The notes beneath the pieces were generated by a model. It ran no database searches. It was not told the DNA's origin and saw nothing but the letters and a program-made list of their open reading frames with translations. The position numbers and the translations under genes are program-made. Shown one piece after another: positions 56,939 to 64,000 of a stretch of DNA of 64,000 nt. This DNA comes from Terriglobia bacterium (lineage in GTDB: Bacteria; Acidobacteriota; Terriglobia; JAJPHL01; JAPKYU01), in the NCBI GenBank assembly GCA_965223005.1, contig CBDCVK010000003.1, positions 32,001 to 96,000 of the forward strand. Direction: 5' to 3'. The first letter of the stretch is position 1; each line of letters begins with the position of its first letter.

Positions 56939-58246
56939 ATGCTAGAGCAGCAGCCGGAGACAGCCAGTTCCCCTCCGCCGTTCCGTTTGGACGTGCAGGT
57001 GCATGACCTGTTGATGAAGCCGAAGCCCAAGTCCCTGGTGCCGCCTCCACTTGCGGCAGAGCCCCAAGTGTTGCCGGTGCCCGCATTTCCGGAGCACCCG
57101 GAACTGTTCCGCGAGGATGACTCCGACATTATCGAGATGGAGCGCAAGGCTCTCAATGGCCGCCGGCCCTGGAGCGGGCCTCTCGTTGCTCGGGCGCTGC
57201 GGGGCTGGGCGGTTCCCTACTTCAAGTCGCGCATCTTGCCAGGGGACTTCCACCCGATCATCGCCTACCTGTTCACTGAATGGAAGTGCAACCTGGACTG
57301 CCATTACTGCTGGTCCTTCGACAACAACGTGAAAGGCATGACCGAAGACACAGCCAAGCGCTCCATTGACTGGTTGCACTCCACCACCTGCCGGGTGCTG
57401 GCGCTGATGGGCGGCGAGCCGCTTCTGCGTCCCCAGTTCGTACACAAGGTAGTGTCCTACGCCGCTAAGAAAGGCTTCTGGGTGTACCTGCCCACAAACG
57501 CCCGTCTGCTGCGACCCGAAGTGCTCGACTGGCTGGGCGATGCGGGACTTGCCACGATCAACTTTGCGGTGGACGTCGTGGACGAAAAACCCGGGCTGCC
57601 CAAGGCGCTGACGCCGGTGCGCAAGTATTTTGATTACCTGCTCAAAAAACAATACCGGTACGGCATCACGACCGCCTTCAACATCAACATCTGCCGCAAC
57701 AATCACGAGGACGTCAAGCAGCTCACGGAAATCGCGCATGACAACGCGATCATCACCGATTACCACATCAACGAGTCGCCGATGGTCGAGCAGGACCACT
57801 TTAAGCACATGGACGAGAACAGCACCTTTATCACTCCGGAAGATTTCCCGAAAGTGGACGCGCTGGTGGATTGGCTCATCGAGAAGAACCAGCAAGGCTA
57901 CAAGATGGTGAACTCTACCCAGCGCTTGCAGGGCATGAAGGAGTTCATGCGCGGCAAGGTGAAGCCGTGGAACTGCCGTGCTGGTCAGAACTCGATGATC
58001 ATCCGGGTGGACGGCACGCTGGCCCCCTGCTTCCCCATGTATTCGGCCACCTACGACTGGGGAACCATTGAGAATCACAAGTTCCAGGTCTCCCAGCTCG
58101 ACCACATGAAACAGTCCTGCCAGACGCATTGCTTTTCGACCCTGAACCACAATCTGGGGTTCTGCTATAACGACGCCCGCGTCCTCCGCTGGATCATGCG
58201 GCAGGCGCGGCACGGCTTCCAGGGGGTCACGGGCAGCTTCGACTAA
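56939..58246 (+). CDS. Radical SAM protein with C-terminal SPASM/Twitch-like cysteines
   Basis: SD AGGAG; CNLDCHYC, GGEP, TNA, CRAG...DG..PC, CQTHC. Confidence 0.9.
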   Translation: MLEQQPETASSPPPFRLDVQVHDLLMKPKPKSLVPPPLAAEPQVLPVPAFPEHPELFREDDSDIIEMERKALNGRRPWSGPLVARALRGWAVPYFKSRILPGDFHPIIAYLFTEWKCNLDCHYCWSFDNNVKGMTEDTAKRSIDWLHSTTCRVLALMGGEPLLRPQFVHKVVSYAAKKGFWVYLPTNARLLRPEVLDWLGDAGLATINFAVDVVDEKPGLPKALTPVRKYFDYLLKKQYRYGITTAFNINICRNNHEDVKQLTEIAHDNAIITDYHINESPMVEQDHFKHMDENSTFITPEDFPKVDALVDWLIEKNQQGYKMVNSTQRLQGMKEFMRGKVKPWNCRAGQNSMIIRVDGTLAPCFPMYSATYDWGTIENHKFQVSQLDHMKQSCQTHCFSTLNHNLGFCYNDARVLRWIMRQARHGFQGVTGSFD

Positions 58247-58268
58247 GGTTCAACCGGCCAATCTGCAG

Positions 58269-58301
58269 CAAAAATGCCGGAGCTCTGCTCCGGCATTTTT
58301 G
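58269..58301. terminator. Bidirectional intrinsic terminator
   Basis: caaaaatgccggagc-tct-gctccggcatttttg between convergent genes. Confidence 0.85.
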
Positions 58302-58444
58302 TGCTCTCACACAAACCGGGCAGCGCGACTTGTGTGCGAGCGTCGGATAGGTGTCCGCGAAGGATGGACGATGCGGTGCGGCGCTGGAAAGGGAGCGACG
58401 TTCCATTCCCGGAAAAGGCAGCAGCCCAGCCCGCGAACAGCATC

Positions 58445-60301
58445 CTACTGGCTGGCCGTTATCGCTTCCGCGTAGCGGAGTTCTCCCGTGAGGCCATCGT
58501 AATATTGGAAAACTACCTGAGGAACGGGGAAAGCCAACCAGCGATCTTCACCCGGTCGGAGAGGATTGTTAAAGACGTTATTGATCTGCACCACGCAGTA
58601 CAGAGGGTACTGGAGGTTCTGGCGGGGGATATCGTCCAGGAAGTAGCTGGACCAGCGGATTTGGCTTCGGCGTCCGCGGGAGTCGAACCATCCGGTGGGC
58701 GGACGCCCGCTTTCATCGCTGGCGCGGTGATTCCCTGAGTTGTGCGGTCCGGAGGCAAACTCCCACACGCGGTCGGTGATCTTGATCGCAAAGCTGTTGT
58801 GGAGGTCCCCGGTGAGAACAAACACGGGCTTACCCAATGAATCCCAGAAACGGATAAGTTCCTCACGTTCCTCAAGGAAGACTGTCCACGCATCGTCCTT
58901 GTTCGAGGGGCGGACTCCTCCACCGCCCACGTGCGGAATCATAAAGTTCACTGAGGAGACCACGAAGAAAAAGTCGGCATCACTGCGCGACATCCCCTCC
59001 CTCAGCCAGGCCTTTTGACGCCGGCCGAGCATCGAGAGGCCCGGTTTGTCGGGGTGGCGGACATCATGCATTTGGCGGTGGGTCCGGGTGTCGAGCACGA
59101 AGAAATCGGAGTTACTGATGCGCAGATGGTAGTAGGAGCGACGACCGATGGAATAAGAGGGACGGCCGTCGTGCTTGGGGACAGGTCGGATGCGGAGACG
59201 ATGCTTGTCGAGCACTTCGACGATGTCGTAGACGCCGGCATTGGGATCACCGCCGATCGCGTCGAGCCGGTTGTCGTTCACCCCTGCCGTCGGCCCACCC
59301 CAGTGGACGTGGAGATTGGCTGACTGGGCCAGGTCTAAACCAGTGAAGTCGGCGCGGGGATCGGTGAGAACTTCGCTCCCCGCCTTCAGCTCAGCCTGCC
59401 CAAAATAGATTCCCTGGGTGTGTGGCACCGGGTTGCTCCAGCCCAGGTAGTCGTACCACGCTTGTACGCCTATATCCCGGAAGATGGCGCGGCGGTCTCG
59501 TAAACCCGCTGAGCCTGCTCCCCAAACGTCGTTCAGAATTTCGTGATCGTCGAAAGTGAAGAAGGAGGGGATCTGCCGGTGCCATGCGGCAAGGTTTTTG
59601 CCTCGTTCCAAGTAGATCTTGTAGTTTTCCCATACGCCGACGATGGTGGGAGCGTAGCGAACGACCGGAGGCATCTCCTCGCGCGTGCGCTGAACCTGCC
59701 GGAGCCATTGCTGGGAGGAATACTCGCGGCGATCCTCATAGAGCCAGTCACCGTTCTGAATTGCGAAGTGGATTTTGTCCCTAAGCTGGTCGAGCATGGT
59801 CTTGAAGGCTGGGCCATCGGGACCGGCGCCTCCGCCGCGATCCTGGTTGTTGCCGCAAGCAAACTCAAAGCGAAAGTTGAACAGACCGCGTGGATTGAGC
59901 TCGGGATGGCGAAAATCATCGGGGTCAGGAAGGGTTCGGAACGAGCCGCGATGGTCAGTATCAGGGACGCCCGCCGCTACCTGGTAATAGTACTTGGTGT
60001 TGGACTGGAGACCCTGAATTAGCAACCAACCGGTGTTGTCGCGTTCGAGCCGGGTGGTGGCCGACGGGGACAAGTTGTCAAGTTTTTCAGGCTTGAGTCC
60101 GTAACGGACCTGAAAGGTCCCCGGCTGCGAGGTTCGTACCCAAATGCCGATCTGGTGAGCGCCGGGTCGGCCGAGGATCGGCCCGTGAGTAATCCGCACT
60201 GCTTGCTCGGTCTTGGATTTTTCCGGCGCAAACACCGGAAGGGCCAGCATCAAAGCCAATCCCAATCCCAAAACCGAAGAGATTCGTATCCCCTGCATCA
60301 T
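58445..60301 (-). CDS. Alkaline phosphatase D (PhoD)-like metallophosphatase
   Basis: Signal peptide, FN3-like N-domain, GDWLYED, FDDHEI, LDTR, MLG..Q.AW, LTGDLH. Confidence 0.85.
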   Translation of the reverse strand: MMQGIRISSVLGLGLALMLALPVFAPEKSKTEQAVRITHGPILGRPGAHQIGIWVRTSQPGTFQVRYGLKPEKLDNLSPSATTRLERDNTGWLLIQGLQSNTKYYYQVAAGVPDTDHRGSFRTLPDPDDFRHPELNPRGLFNFRFEFACGNNQDRGGGAGPDGPAFKTMLDQLRDKIHFAIQNGDWLYEDRREYSSQQWLRQVQRTREEMPPVVRYAPTIVGVWENYKIYLERGKNLAAWHRQIPSFFTFDDHEILNDVWGAGSAGLRDRRAIFRDIGVQAWYDYLGWSNPVPHTQGIYFGQAELKAGSEVLTDPRADFTGLDLAQSANLHVHWGGPTAGVNDNRLDAIGGDPNAGVYDIVEVLDKHRLRIRPVPKHDGRPSYSIGRRSYYHLRISNSDFFVLDTRTHRQMHDVRHPDKPGLSMLGRRQKAWLREGMSRSDADFFFVVSSVNFMIPHVGGGGVRPSNKDDAWTVFLEEREELIRFWDSLGKPVFVLTGDLHNSFAIKITDRVWEFASGPHNSGNHRASDESGRPPTGWFDSRGRRSQIRWSSYFLDDIPRQNLQYPLYCVVQINNVFNNPLRPGEDRWLAFPVPQVVFQYYDGLTGELRYAEAITASQ

Positions 60302-60369
60302 TGATTCCTAAGAAGACGCTCAGTTGAGCTATTCCTCCAGCGGACCCGTGAGGCCTCAAGCCTCTTCGC

Positions 60370-61539
60370 TCAGCAGCAGCCTTCCGGACCGCAACAGGCG
60401 TCATCGGTGGGAGCGACCGTCTTGCGGTAGCGTTTGCCTTTGGTCTCCCGCGGATCGCGCACCGCGGCCCCGTTACAGGCGAATACCCGCGCCTTCCGCA
60501 ACGGGACGTTCCGCAAAGGCGGTACGGGAAGGATGTCACTTGCGTAGGGCGAGCGGGTGGGCAGGTGGTAGGTTTTGTCACAGACGGCCATGCGCTGGCC
60601 CCGGCGCAGGACGTGGCCGTCGTCATCGCGAACCTCCTTCCACGGTCCCTTGTAGACGACCGCCTGGTAACGCTCCAGGCAAGGCCCTTCCTTGCCCTTG
60701 GAGGCTGTCACGGTGGCGGAGCGGAACTGGATGCCCCGCACCGTCTGCCAGGGCTTTTCGTCGTACTTGGCCAACTGGATGCCGTGGAAGCCGGCGCGCT
60801 CGAAGGCCTGCAGAAACCGGTCTTCGCGGAGCGCGCCCGCCAGACAGCCGCTCCAAAGCTTGGCGTCGCGCTTCATCTCGCCCGGCACATCTTCATCTGA
60901 GACGATATCGCTGACGGCCACCCGGCCGCCGCGCTTGACTACCCGGTACATCTCGCGGAACAGCTTTTCCTTTTCGGCGTCTGGCACCAGGTTGAGCACG
61001 CAACTGGAGATGACGATGTCTACCGATTCATCGGGGAGGAGCGGCGCCGAAGAGCGCAGGCGCGCCGCGAAGGCGTCGAAGTCCGCCAATTGCTCAGTGG
61101 TGCGCACCGGATGAGCTTTCAGGTAGGCGTCCACCTCGTCCAGCGAGAGTCGCGGGTCCTGGATGCGGGCGCGGTGAAACTCTACGTTGTCGTACCCCAA
61201 CCGTCGCGCAATCGTCGGCTGGTGTTTCCGCGCCAGCGCCAACATTTCGGCGTTGAAGTCCACCCCGATCACTCTGCCGGTGGGGCCGACCAGTTGTGCC
61301 GCGATGTAACAAATCTTGCCGGCGCCGGAGCCCAGGTCGAGTACCGTGTCGCCAGGCCGTACAAACAAGGAGGGGTCGCCGCAGCCGTAATCTCTCTCCA
61401 AGATCTCGGTCGGGATAAACTCCAGGTAGCGCGGGTCGTAGCTGACCGGACAACAAAGCGCCGGCTCTTTGGCGCGGGCAGCCTGGCTGTAGCGCTGCCG
61501 CACCGCCTTTTCCGTATCCAGTGAAGTTGCGCGTGGCAT
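60370..61539 (-). CDS. Arsenite methyltransferase-like protein (ArsM family, long form)
   Basis: LCCP, YGCGDP, VLDLGSGAG, ISSCVLNL, WSGCLAGA, C-terminal CC..CC; SD AAGGAG. Confidence 0.8.
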   Translation of the reverse strand: MPRATSLDTEKAVRQRYSQAARAKEPALCCPVSYDPRYLEFIPTEILERDYGCGDPSLFVRPGDTVLDLGSGAGKICYIAAQLVGPTGRVIGVDFNAEMLALARKHQPTIARRLGYDNVEFHRARIQDPRLSLDEVDAYLKAHPVRTTEQLADFDAFAARLRSSAPLLPDESVDIVISSCVLNLVPDAEKEKLFREMYRVVKRGGRVAVSDIVSDEDVPGEMKRDAKLWSGCLAGALREDRFLQAFERAGFHGIQLAKYDEKPWQTVRGIQFRSATVTASKGKEGPCLERYQAVVYKGPWKEVRDDDGHVLRRGQRMAVCDKTYHLPTRSPYASDILPVPPLRNVPLRKARVFACNGAAVRDPRETKGKRYRKTVAPTDDACCGPEGCC

Positions 61540-61713
61540 ACTTCGGTCTCCTTCTCAAGCCGGAATTCCCGCGGCCAGCGAGCGTGGTAGATACTGAGCG
61601 CTCCAACGGCCGCCGGTGCCTCCTCCGAGGACGTACATTATACTTGCATGCCAGGCGCGGCGGGAACATGGAGTAGAGTGCCTTCGGCTGGAGAAGACGG
61701 ACAGTGATGAATC

Positions 61714-62400
61714 GTGGTTTTCGGTACCCGTAGCCCAGGAAATCGAACGTTGCGGGCGTTCCCCAACAACACGGTCCTACTGGTGGCGTTCACAGTAGCG
61801 GGCTGGTGGGCGGAAGCTGAGATGCTGTCTGGAAGATCTCCCAACCCACACGGGGTTTCCCAAGCCAGCCATTGTGCCTGCGATCCGGCGCGACCGGAGA
61901 CGCTGGAGGCTCGCGAGTGTAGCCTCTGCCGGGAGGCAGAAAAACAGCCGCCCGGTGTGATGCTCTTTTTCCTGAAAGACAACCACCCCCGCAAGCCCAA
62001 CCGCTGGCTGGCCCTGCCCCGGCTGCACAGCCGGGGGATGCACGATATCGCGCACCTCAATGCGCGGCAGAGGGCCGAGTTCTGGAAAGCGACGATTCGC
62101 AAGGCACGTGCGCTGTGGGGTGACCAATGGGGCCTGGCGATCAACGGAGACAAAGTGCGCACCCAGTGCCACGCTCATGTGCACATCGGAAAGTTGTTGG
62201 AGCACGCCGCACAACATGAGGCGGCGTTGACCCCCACGGGGGCTGTCGCGCCCGGCAACCCTGCCCGGAGCGCAAACGGACCGGGCGAAATCCCGGTGCC
62301 GCAGGCAGGACAGGCTCTTTGGATTCATCCTAAGGGCAAGAAGTTGCATGTGCATGTCGAAGACCGAAACCAGGCCACAGAATTCGTCCTAAGACGATGA
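61714..62400 (+). CDS. Secreted HIT-like / CDP-diacylglycerol pyrophosphatase-like protein
   Basis: Hydrophobic leader, CACD / CSLC, LKD..P.KP..WLALP, WGLAING..RTQCHAHVHIG; start uncertain. Confidence 0.65.
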   Translation: MVFGTRSPGNRTLRAFPNNTVLLVAFTVAGWWAEAEMLSGRSPNPHGVSQASHCACDPARPETLEARECSLCREAEKQPPGVMLFFLKDNHPRKPNRWLALPRLHSRGMHDIAHLNARQRAEFWKATIRKARALWGDQWGLAINGDKVRTQCHAHVHIGKLLEHAAQHEAALTPTGAVAPGNPARSANGPGEIPVPQAGQALWIHPKGKKLHVHVEDRNQATEFVLRR

Positions 62401-62573
62401 GGCCACGGAAAACCCCGAGCTATAGCTGGTGTGCTGGGTGCGGCTCGGAGGTCGCCACGGCTATCGGGTGTATACTGTGCCCGGCGCGATTCCCATTTGC
62501 CCTCGAGCAGGAATTTGCGCCGACATGAGAACGTGGCGCGGCTGGGCGGCCGCTTCTCCCTAGTTTCAAGACC

Positions 62574-63368
62574 ATGAGGCAGTACCTGGAATTGCTCCGG
62601 CACATCCTGGACGAGGGGGAGGAGAAGCCAGATCGGACCGGGACGGGTACGCTGAGCATTTTCGGCTGCCAGATGCGCTTCGACCTGGCCCAGGGCTACC
62701 CGTTGCTCACTACCAAGAAGCTGCACCTGCGCTCGATCATCCACGAGCTGCTTTGGTTCCTCTCGGGCAGCACCAACGTTCGGGATTTGCAGAAACAGGG
62801 AGTCACCATCTGGGATGAGTGGGCTGACCCGACCGGCGAGCTGGGACCCATCTACGGCTACCAGTGGCGCTCCTGGCCCGCGACGGGGGGCGGACACATT
62901 GACCAGATCACCCGGGTCATGGAGCAGATTCGCGCCAATCCCGACTCCCGGCGCCACCTCGTCAGCGCCTGGAACGTGGCCGACGTCGACAAGATGGCGC
63001 TACCACCTTGCCACGTGCTCTTCCAGTTTTACGTGGCCAAGCGACGCCTTTCCTGCCAGCTCTACCAGCGTAGCGCCGACGTCTTCCTGGGGGTCCCGTT
63101 CAACATTGCCTCCTACGCGCTGCTGACGCAGATGGTCGCCCAGGTTTGTGAATTGGAGGCAGGCGAGTTTATCCACACCTGCGGCGACGCTCACCTCTAC
63201 AAGAACCACCTCGAACAGGCCCGGTTGCAACTGACGCGTGAACCGAGGCCGCTGCCGCAGATGAAGCTAAATCCGAGGGTCAAGTCCATCTTCGACTTCC
63301 AGTATGAAGATTTCTCGCTGAGCAATTACTCCCCGCACCCCGGCATTCCCGCGCCAATCGCGGTATGA
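62574..63368 (+). CDS. thyA: Thymidylate synthase
   Basis: [47 protein letters not shown]. Confidence 0.97.
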   Translation: MRQYLELLRHILDEGEEKPDRTGTGTLSIFGCQMRFDLAQGYPLLTTKKLHLRSIIHELLWFLSGSTNVRDLQKQGVTIWDEWADPTGELGPIYGYQWRSWPATGGGHIDQITRVMEQIRANPDSRRHLVSAWNVADVDKMALPPCHVLFQFYVAKRRLSCQLYQRSADVFLGVPFNIASYALLTQMVAQVCELEAGEFIHTCGDAHLYKNHLEQARLQLTREPRPLPQMKLNPRVKSIFDFQYEDFSLSNYSPHPGIPAPIAV

Positions 63369-63868
63369 GGCTTTCCATCATCGCCGCGATGTCACAGAAC
63401 CGAGTCATCGGGCGCGATACCCGGCTTCCTTGGCACCTCCCCGCCGATTGGGCGCACTTCAAAAAGTTGACCATGGGACATTGCTTACTGATGGGACGGA
63501 AAACCCTTGAGTCGATTGGCCGCCCGCTGCCGGGCCGCACAACCGTGGTCGTGACGCGGCAACGCGACTATGCCCCGGCCGGCGCCCCGCCTGGCGTGCG
63601 CGTGGCTCATTCCCTGGAGGAAGCGTTGGCGATGACCACCGGGGACGAGGTGTTTATCGCCGGCGGCGCGGAAATCTATCGCCAGACCCTTCCACGTGTA
63701 GACCGGCTCTACCTGACCCTCGTCCAAGCAACCTTGGAGGGCGACACCTACTTTCCAGAATTTGACGAGGCCGACTGGCAGCTTGTCTCCCAGGAACACT
63801 TTTCAGCCGCCGCCAAGAATCCCTATCCGTACAGTTTTCTGGTCTACGCGCGAAAAAAATCGGAGTGA
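63365..63868 (+). CDS. folA: Dihydrofolate reductase
   Basis: [41 protein letters not shown]; ATGA overlap with thyA. Confidence 0.96.
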   Translation: MRLSIIAAMSQNRVIGRDTRLPWHLPADWAHFKKLTMGHCLLMGRKTLESIGRPLPGRTTVVVTRQRDYAPAGAPPGVRVAHSLEEALAMTTGDEVFIAGGAEIYRQTLPRVDRLYLTLVQATLEGDTYFPEFDEADWQLVSQEHFSAAAKNPYPYSFLVYARKKSE

Positions 63869-63933
63869 AGGCGGTCGGTTGGAAGAAACAATTTTGCTCG
63901 CCTGAAGCCCGGCAGTCGATCAGGCCAGTCTAT

Positions 63934-63951
63934 GGCGGTTTCCCGCCTTTT
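63934..63951 (+). terminator. Possible weak intrinsic terminator after folA
   Basis: ggcgg-tttc-ccgcc followed by tttt. Confidence 0.4.
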
Positions 63952-64000
63952 ATCGCGGCATCCGCTCCCTCATGATTCCGCCGGTGCAGGAGGTTTCCTG

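Noticed and set aside
56939-61539. ArsM + ArsS arsenosugar cluster
   Set aside because: The radical SAM gene is on the opposite strand, separated by a terminator and phoD, and lacks ArsS-like sequence around its CxxxCxxC motif

Overview
GC-rich bacterial chromosomal window, most consistent with Acidobacteriota (a TIGR03437-type C-terminal domain, carboxypeptidase-regulatory-like domains and a carboxypeptidase-fused TonB-dependent receptor). It is mostly housekeeping: pgm, ftsB, cutA, a Cys/Met PLP enzyme, a parvulin PPIase, aroC-def-fmt-rsmB-dprA-topA, a BtuFCD-like ABC transporter, recN, tolQRAB-pal-cpoB, ssb, iscS-mnmA and thyA-folA. Accessory genes are interspersed. I found no rRNA, tRNA, CRISPR array, transposase or integrase. 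The best candidate new system is a translationally coupled operon at 32.7-38.9 kb: a LarA-like/DUF2088 protein, a DUF1537 four-carbon acid-sugar kinase and PdxA2 (possible tetronate epimerase pathway), followed by an unusual O-antigen-ligase/TPR/TIGR03437 fusion. Other signals are a gene split by one in-frame amber codon, a cluster of four methyltransferases, recurring heptamer-repeat tracts, a REPIN-like element, and many apparently leaderless genes. All calls come from reading motifs by eye; no database searches were run.
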